Position numbers and translations under genes: made by a program. From an uncultured Methanomassiliicoccales archaeon (GTDB lineage: Archaea > Thermoplasmatota > Thermoplasmata > Methanomassiliicoccales > UBA472): DNA of 64,000 bases. Shown here one piece after another: positions 26,532-35,341 of the stretch (positions are counted from its first letter, which is position 1; the number at the start of each line of letters is the position of its first letter). Location of the stretch: assembly GCA_963755265.1 (NCBI GenBank), contig CAVWKV010000084.1:5157-69156 (forward strand), written 5' to 3'. Under the pieces are notes generated by a model. The model did no database searches, was not told the DNA's origin, and saw only the letters and a program-made list of their open reading frames with translations.

Positions 26532-27938
26532 ATGACCAAGAGCGAGAAGGGCAAACAGGCCGACCTATCGAAATATATCGAGGGATGGGAATCTTTCGTA
26601 ACCATAACGGGCGAGCTCGGATTCTCTCTGCCGTACTATAAACGGGATGGCATCAAGACCGGATCGGAATGGCGTGAAGAACTGCGAGGAAGCGAGGACC
26701 TGAAGGACATCCCGACCGTCCTTGAAAGCAAGTTCAGGAAGCTGCCCAGGTCCATGCAGGACGCGGCGACCCAACCCTGCCTGGAAGCGGACCCGTCACT
26801 CTTGGACGATCTGATCATGCTCATCAGGCAGCACGTTTGGATACCGGACGAACGGTATTACGCGGTCCTCGCCTCTTGGGTAATAGCTACCTGGATCCAT
26901 GACTTCGTGGATACATCACCCAGGCTTATCTTCTATGCGACCACCCGATCGGGCAAGACCCGGGCGCTGAACACCTTGAGAGAGCTGTCGTATCATGGCC
27001 TGGACATGAGCTCACCGACCCAGGCTACGATGTTCCGGCTCATTGAGGCGTTCCATCCGTCGCTGTTCATCGATGAGTACCAGGACCTCAACCAAGAGGT
27101 GACTCCGCTCATCGGGTCCATCTTCAAGAGTGGGTTCCAAGATGGCGGGGAGGTTCCGCGGTGCGACAATGACCAGGACCGCTCGGCCATCAGCTTCTAC
27201 AGCGTCTATTCCCCGATAGCAATCGGCCTGAAGAACCGACTTCCTAAGGAGGACGAACTCAACCGTTCCGTAATGGTCCAGATGCTCACCAAGCCATCCG
27301 AGGCGAAGATAAATCGCAGGATAGACAAGACAGCGGCCCGACTCCTCCGTGGCCGCCTTCTAGGACTACGCTTCAAGGTACAGATAGGAATGATCGACCT
27401 CGAACCGTTAAAGGTGGAATCTGCTAAACTGGCCGAGCGGGAGATACCGGGCAAGGACCGGCCCATTACGCTCGATGACCGTTCGATCGAGATTGCGGCG
27501 GCGCTGCTGCTACCTTCGCTCATCATCGGGGGCGAGTCCAAAGATTCCAAGGTCAAAGCGATATTCGAAGTCGTGGCGAGCTCACAGGCGTTCTCTGACG
27601 ATGGGCTCAAGGACACCGGCGAAGGCAGGGCGTTCTTTGCGATCCAGGAGGTCTATCGATTCCAGGACGGACTAGAACAGACCGGCATGGACGGGAAGAA
27701 GCTACGCAACGTCTCGAAGATGAGTACCAAGGCGGTCGCGGAACAATTCAACCTGGACCTGATCAATCAAGGGGATGATAACCGGGAGCCGGTCAAGACG
27801 ATCGTGATAACCGGGATGATCAAGTCCCTGGGTTTCAACTTGAAACGCGGCCTGCATAGTCAGACCTTCTTTGATCCAGAAAGCTTCCAATCGGCCTATG
27901 CGGTGAACCTGAGGAAGTATGGCGAGAGGGGTAACTGA
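26532..27938 (+). CDS. DUF3631-like P-loop protein (putative replication/mobilisation NTPase of the element)
   Basis: 468-aa ORF. TSPRLIFYATTRSGKTRALNTL (Walker A-like), ATMFRLIEAFHPSLFIDEYQDL (Walker B-like) and downstream LNRSVMVQM follow the DUF3631 pattern seen in integrative elements and phages. Confidence 0.55.
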   Translation: MTKSEKGKQADLSKYIEGWESFVTITGELGFSLPYYKRDGIKTGSEWREELRGSEDLKDIPTVLESKFRKLPRSMQDAATQPCLEADPSLLDDLIMLIRQHVWIPDERYYAVLASWVIATWIHDFVDTSPRLIFYATTRSGKTRALNTLRELSYHGLDMSSPTQATMFRLIEAFHPSLFIDEYQDLNQEVTPLIGSIFKSGFQDGGEVPRCDNDQDRSAISFYSVYSPIAIGLKNRLPKEDELNRSVMVQMLTKPSEAKINRRIDKTAARLLRGRLLGLRFKVQIGMIDLEPLKVESAKLAEREIPGKDRPITLDDRSIEIAAALLLPSLIIGGESKDSKVKAIFEVVASSQAFSDDGLKDTGEGRAFFAIQEVYRFQDGLEQTGMDGKKLRNVSKMSTKAVAEQFNLDLINQGDDNREPVKTIVITGMIKSLGFNLKRGLHSQTFFDPESFQSAYAVNLRKYGERGN

Positions 27939-28000
27939 TTTACCATGTTACCCTGGGTTTTGCGAGCATGCCAGTATCCTAAAAAGGGTAACAGGGTAAC
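27928..28000 (+). repeat. Second cluster of the GGGGTAAC motif
   Basis: GGGGTAAC at 27928-27935, inverted GTTACCC at 27947-27953, GGGTAAC at 27986-27992 and GGGTAAC at 27994-28000. Degenerate GGGGTATA and GGGGGTAG follow. The cluster lies between the DUF3631-like gene and the integrase gene. Confidence 0.65.
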
Positions 28001-28031
28001 TCTTTCCAGGGGTATAAGGGGGTAGTCTATC

Positions 28032-29252
28032 TTGTCTAGAGCATCGTCCGCCTTTCCGGTCCCGCTTCGTCTCAGCGAAGCGACAAATACCGGGCAAGGT
28101 CATGCTCTAGACGAGGGGCATTATGCCAAGCGTAAGGCTGGCAAGAGCTCTTCGGTGGTCAAGAAACACGTCGGCAGGAAGAGGGGGGCGAGGTCAATGG
28201 GCCGATTCCCTTTCGTAGCCTACGCGAACGAGTACATGGAGGTTGTCGGACCGACATTCTCCGAGGATACGCGGAAAGAACGGATGAGGAGGTATAGACG
28301 CATGGACAAGGACTTCCGGGCGCTGGTCGAGGAGGGGAAGGCGAGCACACACAACCCCGAGAAGATCACCGACCGGGATGTTATCGCCTTCATCGGGCGT
28401 CTAAGGTCTCGAGGTGTTGGGGACACGGGCATACAGCACGAGATCTCGGCGCTCAGCAGTCTCCTAAAGTTCAACGGGAACGGGGCAGTCGAAAAGGCGA
28501 GGCTGCGAGTTCCGAGCGCCTTCCCGAAGAAGCATACTAACCGCCTACCTCCGATGAGCGAGGCGGAACGGGCCCATATCATCCAAGAGGCCGAGAAGGT
28601 CCCCGAGAACGATTGGAGAAGGCTAGAAGCCTATGCCATGAGCGTAACCGCCATGTGCTCCGGTCTTCGTTCCAAGGAGCTCAGGTTATCCAACCTAAGC
28701 GACCTGGACACGATCAACTGGACCATACATACCGACCATGTGAAAGGTGAAGGCAAGTATGGCCAACCAAGAGACCCACCGATCGACCCGGACGGACGCA
28801 AGACTATCGAGAGATACATCAAGGTCCGAAACCGGATTGTCGAGGAAAGATGGCCGGAAAACAAGGCTTTGTTCCCGGCGCTAAACGACCGGGGCGGGGA
28901 CGGATACTTCGCGACGAACAGCCTGGGAAAGCTCAGGGAGATCATCAGGAAGGAGACCGCTATCGACTTCGACGGCAGGAAGTGCCGCCGCACCTACGGA
29001 CAGAAATGTGTCGATGACGGGCTCAGCATCGAAAGTCTCTCCTTGCTCCTAGGGCATAATAACACCAATACCACCGAGGGAAGCTATTGCCGTAAGAAGG
29101 AAGGCAAGGCGGTGACCGAGGTTCAAAAGATATGGGCAGAACGTGACGCTAGGATAGCGGCAACGGTTCCCCCGATCATAGAACCGAAGCAGAAACAAGA
29201 ATGCAAAAACCTCTTGATTGAAAATAAATTTGCACCGACTGGATACCAATGA
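28032..29252 (+). CDS. int: Tyrosine recombinase / integrase
   Basis: 406-aa ORF (TTG 28032; a likelier start is MGRFPF near 28196). Catalytic-domain pattern SGLRSKEL (Arg), HVKGEGK (Lys), CRRTYGQ, LLGHNNTNTTEGSY (His...Tyr). It is adjacent to attR. Confidence 0.8.
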   Translation: MSRASSAFPVPLRLSEATNTGQGHALDEGHYAKRKAGKSSSVVKKHVGRKRGARSMGRFPFVAYANEYMEVVGPTFSEDTRKERMRRYRRMDKDFRALVEEGKASTHNPEKITDRDVIAFIGRLRSRGVGDTGIQHEISALSSLLKFNGNGAVEKARLRVPSAFPKKHTNRLPPMSEAERAHIIQEAEKVPENDWRRLEAYAMSVTAMCSGLRSKELRLSNLSDLDTINWTIHTDHVKGEGKYGQPRDPPIDPDGRKTIERYIKVRNRIVEERWPENKALFPALNDRGGDGYFATNSLGKLREIIRKETAIDFDGRKCRRTYGQKCVDDGLSIESLSLLLGHNNTNTTEGSYCRKKEGKAVTEVQKIWAERDARIAATVPPIIEPKQKQECKNLLIENKFAPTGYQ

Positions 29253-29260
29253 GGGTAAGG

Positions 29261-29275
29261 CCCGGTAGCCGCACT
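29261..29275 (+). repeat. attR core (CCCGGTAGCCGCACT), a duplicated tRNA 3' fragment followed by a T-run
   Basis: Exact 15-bp match to 21300-21314. It is followed by TTTTT (29275-29279), as expected for the original tRNA terminator. Confidence 0.85.
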
Positions 29276-29422
29276 TTTTGTCCTTCTAGTTACGATTTTT
29301 GGAGATTGTGGTGTATGGCAGAATGGTCACTGAAGAGAATTCTCATAACAGGAGTTCTAACCACGTTATTTTATTGAAAAGAAATGCGAAAAGGTTTGGT
29401 CTTCGGATCATGCTCTTTCACC

Positions 29423-29986
29423 TCAGTGGTTCCTCGGCATCCCCGGCCCAGCGCACGTGTTGTCGCCAGACGCTAATATTCCGTTGGTCTCGGGAAGCAA
29501 GTTCCCAGCGGTCTGATTCGACATGCTCGTGCTACCGGAGTATTCGCCATGCCCGCACATTTCGGCGTTCAGGACCATTGTGATGTTCTCCGGAGTGTCG
29601 CTGCTCAAGACGCCGATGCTGCGTAGACCATAGTAGTCAGCCACGATGGTGTAGTTACCTTCGGGCAGAGCGATCTGTGCCACTCCGCCAACACCGCTCG
29701 TCGTCTCGGCGATCTTGTCTATTGCGATCGTCTCGACGGTGTCATTCGCAACCTCCGAGACCTCGTAAACGGTAACATTGGCGCCCTGGATGGGTACCAT
29801 CTGCCCTTGAACATCAGCATATACAGTTACGTTTAACGTTTGGGTCGTGGTCCCGCTAACGATGCCCAAGGCATCGCTACTTCCGTCGGTGGCGATCCCG
29901 TTGGTCGCAACCATCCCCGCGGCGAGAAAGCCGCCCGCCAGGATAGCGCAGACCAACAGTGTCACTCCCATTTTCTTCCTGTTCAA
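29423..29986 (-). CDS. Secreted/anchored protein with a carboxypeptidase-regulatory-like beta-sandwich domain
   Basis: 187-aa ORF with an N-terminal signal/TM (MGVTLLVCAILAGGFLAAGMV). NVTVYADVQG...GANVTVYEV...GNYTIVADYYG is typical of the CarboxypepD_reg fold. Confidence 0.55.
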   Translation of the reverse strand: MNRKKMGVTLLVCAILAGGFLAAGMVATNGIATDGSSDALGIVSGTTTQTLNVTVYADVQGQMVPIQGANVTVYEVSEVANDTVETIAIDKIAETTSGVGGVAQIALPEGNYTIVADYYGLRSIGVLSSDTPENITMVLNAEMCGHGEYSGSTSMSNQTAGNLLPETNGILASGDNTCAGPGMPRNH

Positions 29987-30104
29987 TTATCAGGCCTCCT
30001 GAAAGGGGATTGGGGGCAGGGCTATATTCCAAATCAGAAGGCATCGTATGGACGAATCATTCATAGTCTTGATAACCTTTTTAGGACTGGCCTAATGGAG
30101 TTCC

Positions 30105-30734
30105 ATGTTACCTCCACCTCACTGGTTCATGCCATTGGATGCGACCATTCAAATGTTCACCGGAATCGTCGCCCTGGCAGTGGCATTGTATGCATGGCGT
30201 GGATATCAGTGGGTCCAGGAAAACAGCCTATACCGTATCTTCGTGGCATTCCTCCTGTTGGCCATTGCATTCATCGTCAGCGGCGTGGTGATGTCCTTCG
30301 CCCAGATCCAACAGATGACCTTCGACCAGGCCGTCGGGTCAGGGGCCCTGACGCAGGCCGGTTTTGCCCTTTATTATGGCCTCAGCATCGCCGCCTACGG
30401 TGTTCTGGTCTACACGTACTGGCGTCAGCTTGGTCTGCTCGCTGCGGCTCCGATGGGGCCGTTGGTGTTGTTCAACTCCCCACCACTGGAATTGGTAATC
30501 GTCCTTCTCCTCGGTTTTATAATCTCTGCCCAGGTCCTGCACGAGAAAGGACAGGACTGGAAGGGCCGGGGTGTGGTGACGATCAGTTTCATTTTGGTGC
30601 TGATCTCCCACATTCTGATCCTTTTCGAATCCGGATCCAATGATTATCTCCTATACCTTCTGGCAAGAGGATTGCAGATGATCGGTTTCGCCTTGATGGT
30701 GATTTTCCTATATCGCCTGGGGAGAGTAACTTGA
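30105..30734 (+). CDS. Polytopic membrane protein, unknown function
   Basis: 209-aa ORF with about 6 hydrophobic helices. Its stop overlaps the downstream wHTH gene start. Confidence 0.55.
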   Translation: MLPPPHWFMPLDATIQMFTGIVALAVALYAWRGYQWVQENSLYRIFVAFLLLAIAFIVSGVVMSFAQIQQMTFDQAVGSGALTQAGFALYYGLSIAAYGVLVYTYWRQLGLLAAAPMGPLVLFNSPPLELVIVLLLGFIISAQVLHEKGQDWKGRGVVTISFILVLISHILILFESGSNDYLLYLLARGLQMIGFALMVIFLYRLGRVT

Positions 30735-31024
30735 GGGACGAACCAGACAAGGTAAAATATCGGTCAAAAGGTCGCATCTTCGCCGATATTCTCAAAGCGG
30801 TCCAAGAGGAAGACAAGGCAATTACGACACACATCCTCTACAAGTCGAACCTGTCCTACGACCGCCTTACCAAGTACCTTCAGAACCTGGAGGAAGGTGG
30901 ATTACTGAAAAGGACCGAAGAGAGGGACAAGACATTCTACGAGATCACCGAGAAGGGCAAGCGCTTCCTTTCCGAGTTCCAACGCATGGAAGCCTTTGTT
31001 AGCGGATTTGGTTTGGACATTTGA
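30731..31024 (+). CDS. Winged-helix DNA-binding protein (HTH_45-like)
   Basis: 97-aa ORF with a TTG start. RIFADILKAVQEE..ITTHILYKSNLSYDRLTKYLQNLEEGGLL...YEITEKGKRFL follows an archaeal wHTH pattern. Confidence 0.7.
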   Translation: MRDEPDKVKYRSKGRIFADILKAVQEEDKAITTHILYKSNLSYDRLTKYLQNLEEGGLLKRTEERDKTFYEITEKGKRFLSEFQRMEAFVSGFGLDI

Positions 31025-31091
31025 ATATTTTCGATACCGCTGAAGTCCAATGGCTCACTACACATTGCATTTGGCGCCATCCTCGAAGATT

Positions 31092-31712
31092 CTACCCTTG
31101 CTGAGCTAGGGCTTTGGTGTCTTCCCATGCTTTCGACAGGGCCTCAAGGCCGCAACTCGTGCATTCGTGGCTCAGACCGAGCTGGTTCGAGAATTCCTCT
31201 GAAAGTTTCTGGAAGTGCTCCCGATCCGCTACACCGGTGTCGATATAGAGGCACCTAGAGTAGCCTTGGAAGAGGATATTAACGAAATACATGGGCTCGT
31301 AACCCTGTTCGATGGCGGAATCGAGACGTAACTCTTTTATCACTCCTTTCAAACCCATCTCCGCCCACCCAGAAGTGTTGAACCAAGTGCCGGTAACCTT
31401 GCGTTTCTCCTCCGCATATCTCATTGGGCTCAACAGGGCACCGATACAATCATCCGCATCTAACATGACCGTTGGCACCCTGAGCTCATCCTTGACGCCT
31501 TTCAACGACTGACAGATGGCGTATCCCAGGAACACTGCGTCCACTTTGCCCTCGAGTGAGTTAACCTTCTCGATGACCGTGGATTTCAGCTTGGCCGAGT
31601 CAACGTGAAGCGCGAATTCCAGGTACTCTTTGTGCACGATGCTGGGATCATTTCCGACGACCGCATCGATCTCGCGCTTCCAGATATCACATGCTATGAT
31701 TCCGATACGCAT
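31092..31712 (-). CDS. DUF1638-family protein
   Basis: 206-aa ORF with MRIGIIACDIWKREID...VDAVFLGYAICQS, matching the DUF1638 pattern common in methylotrophic methanogens. Confidence 0.55.
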   Translation of the reverse strand: MRIGIIACDIWKREIDAVVGNDPSIVHKEYLEFALHVDSAKLKSTVIEKVNSLEGKVDAVFLGYAICQSLKGVKDELRVPTVMLDADDCIGALLSPMRYAEEKRKVTGTWFNTSGWAEMGLKGVIKELRLDSAIEQGYEPMYFVNILFQGYSRCLYIDTGVADREHFQKLSEEFSNQLGLSHECTSCGLEALSKAWEDTKALAQQG

Positions 31713-31771
31713 TCAGCACACCTGGACCATGAGATGGCCGTTCCATCGATTTAAACTTAGCCGGAAAGGCC

Positions 31772-33694
31772 CTAGAGCCTTTTCCACTTGTTTCCATCAT
31801 GTTCGGTACTTCTATGCGTTTCATCTGAGTGCATTCCTTGTCTTTCGTCCCCTTTCGTAGGAGGGGCCCAATCCAGGCCGTCATCGAACTTCGGTAACGG
31901 CACGTCGATGGAGCTGATGTCCCTGGTTACCGTGTCAGACTTGCGATCCTTCTTGCCAGCCTTATGCAATATGAGCCCGTCCTTCTCCATCTTCTGCTGC
32001 TCCACCTTGATCATGGTCATGGGATCGGTGGTCAACTTATGGGTCCTCCACATAAGCGCTAACGATCCCAGGAAATATCCCAGGAAGATGATAAGGCACA
32101 GGTACCATCCCAATCTGAAGACAAAGGCGGTGGAGGCTATCATCAATAAGCTGCCGCAGATGAACGTGCTGATGAATCCAGAGATCAAATTGGGCTCCCT
32201 GGTTCTGACTCCCAAATTATCGTAACTGATGGTCTTGATTATGGGGCGCAGCTCTCTCTCCAGCATGTAATAGACATAAACAGATATGCCGATGGCCACC
32301 AGGAATATCGGGAACGCAAGGTCGTCCCCGGAGATCATTATTCCGATAAGGGTCACAAAATATGCTACCAGCGTTACTTCGATCTTCCTTGTCCGATGGA
32401 ACAGCTTCAAAGAGGATGGCAAGATAATCTTGCCCAAAGTCCGGTTAATCAACGAGGAACTATATTTTACGTAACCCGGAATAATATGCCTAAGCACACT
32501 GTATATCGAATCACTGGCCTTCATCATGATTGGTGTGATCATGCTCATTATGAAGCAGAAGGTTCCAGCGAATGGGTTAAGCAGGGAGGCTTTGGTCACA
32601 CCGGCCGCATTAGCGCCGACCGAGGCGAACATGACCGACTCGGCCCCCCGGCCGCACATGGAACTGCCCATGAACGTGGCGGACCGCCCCGAAAAGCCTA
32701 GGAAATAAGCCAGGGCGCCGGTGAGAAGGAGATCGCCCAGTATGACCAAGGGCACGGCCAATAGGACTATCCAGAAGACCTGCGGGAACATTGCCGGGTT
32801 TATCAGCATGCCGAACGATATGAAGAACACTGCGACCAGCGCGTCCTTGAACGGGGATATCCTGTCCTTCAACCGGTCGGAGATCTTGGTCTCCGCAAAG
32901 ACCATACCCAGGAAGAAGGCCCCGATGATGGCTGGGACACCGGAGACCTCGGCCATGGCAGATGACAGGAATACTAGACCGAGCGCAAAAAGGACGAACA
33001 TCTCATCGCTCTTGATCTTCTCGAAATGCTTAGCGCACCGAGGGACCACAAAGAGCGCCAGGAATATGAAGAACGAATAGAAGGCGAGCACGCCGACGAT
33101 CATCGATGTCAAAGTCAACGGGTTGCTACCACCGCTCTTGAACAGAAGGCCGCCGGCGATGGTCATCAGGATCATAGAGAGAAAATCCTCGACTACGACC
33201 ATTCCAAGCAGGAACTCTGTCTCCGGGTTGCTCATCCTCTGCAGTTCCATGAGGGACTGCCCGGTGATGGCTGCAGAACCCATCGCGATCACTCCAGCCA
33301 GGAAGACCGTGTCCACTATAGGCCAGCCCAATACTAGACCGACCGTTATACCTATGAAGAAATCCAGTCCAGTGTTGATCAGGGCCAGGAGAAATGCCGA
33401 AGATTTTGTCTTCTTCAACTTTGAGACGCTGAACTCCAGCCCCACGAAGAACATAAGAAGCGTCAGTCCCAACGATGAAAGGTAGGAGATGAAGCTCGTG
33501 TCATTCATCAGGCCGTCATACTGGAACCCGAAGATGTTGAAATGCATGAACGGGCCGATCAACACGCCCGCGACGATGTACCCCAGGATCACGCTCTGCT
33601 TCGCCTTTGTGGAGAGAGCGGCCCCAATGAATGCGACGAGCATGATCATGCCCACTTCGAACATCAGTTCTTGCGTCGCGATCGTCCGAATCAC
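31772..33694 (-). CDS. Cation:proton antiporter (CPA2/Kef-type) with an extra C-terminal membrane domain
   Basis: 640-aa ORF. The N-terminal ~390 aa match the Na+/H+ exchanger fold (GYIVAGVLIGP, multiple TMs), followed by more TMs and a charged tail. Confidence 0.75.
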   Translation of the reverse strand: MIRTIATQELMFEVGMIMLVAFIGAALSTKAKQSVILGYIVAGVLIGPFMHFNIFGFQYDGLMNDTSFISYLSSLGLTLLMFFVGLEFSVSKLKKTKSSAFLLALINTGLDFFIGITVGLVLGWPIVDTVFLAGVIAMGSAAITGQSLMELQRMSNPETEFLLGMVVVEDFLSMILMTIAGGLLFKSGGSNPLTLTSMIVGVLAFYSFFIFLALFVVPRCAKHFEKIKSDEMFVLFALGLVFLSSAMAEVSGVPAIIGAFFLGMVFAETKISDRLKDRISPFKDALVAVFFISFGMLINPAMFPQVFWIVLLAVPLVILGDLLLTGALAYFLGFSGRSATFMGSSMCGRGAESVMFASVGANAAGVTKASLLNPFAGTFCFIMSMITPIMMKASDSIYSVLRHIIPGYVKYSSSLINRTLGKIILPSSLKLFHRTRKIEVTLVAYFVTLIGIMISGDDLAFPIFLVAIGISVYVYYMLERELRPIIKTISYDNLGVRTREPNLISGFISTFICGSLLMIASTAFVFRLGWYLCLIIFLGYFLGSLALMWRTHKLTTDPMTMIKVEQQKMEKDGLILHKAGKKDRKSDTVTRDISSIDVPLPKFDDGLDWAPPTKGDERQGMHSDETHRSTEHDGNKWKRL

Positions 33695-34037
33695 AGCCTA
33701 GAGATGCGCGAATCGAACGACAATGTCGACCTCTCGATGGACCTTGCGTTGATTTTGACAGTGCCCATTAAGTCGCCCATCAACCGTTTCAATCCTAGAT
33801 ATGCCCATGACCCATCAAGAGTACAGGCTAGTGCATCCCTGTTCCACCTTAATAACCTGAAAGATATAAAAGGGTATTGTGCCAGCTTGTGGCCAAACAA
33901 GTTCTTCATACAATTTTACCCTCGGTCCAGTATTCCCGGCCTTTTCTTATGCCGAAACAATCATCCACATGCCGGTGCATTGATTCGGCGGCTGATGATT
34001 TGGACAGCGACTAACACCAGCTTTCAGTCCAACGGTC

Positions 34038-34286
34038 TTGGCCAAGCTTCTACATGTCTTCTCGGCCCGATCACCGACAAAGACAATTAGACAGACCGGA
34101 ATCCTGGACAACAAGAAGCTCATCCTCGCAGTATTGATATCGTTCGGCCTGCAGATGGCCGTCGTCTACCTCCCCGGCCTAAACACCGCGTTCCGCGTCA
34201 CGCCATTGGGTTGGGAGGAATTGACTGTGCTGGCACCGATGGCTTCGGTCGGGTTGTTGGCCAATGAGATCCGGAAAATGGTATAG
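34038..34286 (+). pseudogene. C-terminal remnant of a P-type cation-transporting ATPase
   Basis: LLHVFSARSPTKTIRQTGILDNKKLILAVLISFGLQMAVVYLPGLNTAFRVTPLGWEELTVL...ANEIRKM matches the last two TM helices of P-type (Ca/Mg-type) ATPases. The preceding ~800 aa are missing. Confidence 0.65.
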
Positions 34287-34312
34287 CGGCGAAAAGGCTT
34301 CCGGGTGAAAGA

Positions 34313-35341
34313 ATGATCGAGATTGACGGATCGGAAGGAGAAGGAGGCGGCCAGATGCTGCGGACAGCGCTGGGACTATCAGCATTGACCGGGCGGTCGT
34401 TCAAATTCGACAACATCCGGGCGAAGAGGGACAAGCCAGGTCTCGCCCGGCAGCACCTGACAGGTGTAAAGGGGGTGGCAGAGGTATGCCATGCCGCCGT
34501 AGAGGGCGGGATTGTCGGTTCGACATCATTGACTTTCGAGCCTGGAATTGTCAAAGCTGGCGATTACCGGTTCGACGTTGGCACGGCTGGCAGTATAACA
34601 TTGGTCCTACAGGCGTGCATGCTTGCGTGCGCTCGGACAAAGGCAAGGACGGAATTCGACATCATCGGCGGGACTAACGTAAGGATGTCCCCGCCCTCAG
34701 ATTACCTTGAGCACGTCCTTTTCCCGCTGCTGCGCGCCATGGGTTATCAAATCGATGTGAAGGTCCCCGAAAGAGGCTTCTACCCTCAAGGAGGGGGCGA
34801 GATGGTCGTGGGTATAGCCCAGGGGGAATGCATCCTGCCATTGAACTTGGGAGAGAAGGGGCGGTTCCAGGGGATAACCGGCGTCTGCTTCACCCAGAAG
34901 CTCCCTGATCATATAGCGGAACGGATGGCCTCAACCGCAAGGAAGACCCTCGTCGGGCGTTCCCCGGTCAAGCTGGTCAGGGAACGCAGGGAAGGTCATT
35001 CGATAGGCGCCGGCATCTTCCTCGCCGCCGAATATGAGAGGACCATACTGGCCAGTGATGCATTGGGCGAGAAAGGGATAGGCGCCGAGAGGCTCGGAGA
35101 GCTAGCCGCCACCTCCCTGCTCCGGGAGATGGAATCAGGAGAGACCATAGACAGGCACGCCGCGGACCAGATACTGCCCTATCTATCATTGGCCGCCGGA
35201 CCTTCCATCTTCTCGGTCAGCGAGCTGAGTTCGCATTTCCATACGCAAGTGGAAATGATCAGGAGATTCCTCAATGTCCAGATCGAAACCGAGGCTAAGG
35301 GGGATATCCATCAGGTGTCGGTCACGCCTAACCGTACATGA
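34313..35341 (+). CDS. rtcA: RNA 3'-terminal phosphate cyclase
   Basis: 342-aa ORF with IEIDGSEGEGGGQMLRTALGLSALTGRSFKFDNIRAKRDKPGLARQHL, the RtcA N-terminal signature. Confidence 0.88.
   Translation: MIEIDGSEGEGGGQMLRTALGLSALTGRSFKFDNIRAKRDKPGLARQHLTGVKGVAEVCHAAVEGGIVGSTSLTFEPGIVKAGDYRFDVGTAGSITLVLQACMLACARTKARTEFDIIGGTNVRMSPPSDYLEHVLFPLLRAMGYQIDVKVPERGFYPQGGGEMVVGIAQGECILPLNLGEKGRFQGITGVCFTQKLPDHIAERMASTARKTLVGRSPVKLVRERREGHSIGAGIFLAAEYERTILASDALGEKGIGAERLGELAATSLLREMESGETIDRHAADQILPYLSLAAGPSIFSVSELSSHFHTQVEMIRRFLNVQIETEAKGDIHQVSVTPNRT

Larger units (their letters stand above)
21300..29275. mobile_element. Integrative element (~8 kb; provirus or integrative plasmid) inserted in the 3' end of tRNA-Gly
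   Basis: A 15-bp direct repeat CCCGGTAGCCGCACT occurs at 21300-21314 (tRNA 3' end) and 29261-29275. A tyrosine integrase gene ends 9 bp before the distal repeat. The interior holds overlapping small ORFs, a DUF3631-like P-loop protein, iteron-like repeats and gene fragments. Confidence 0.85.
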
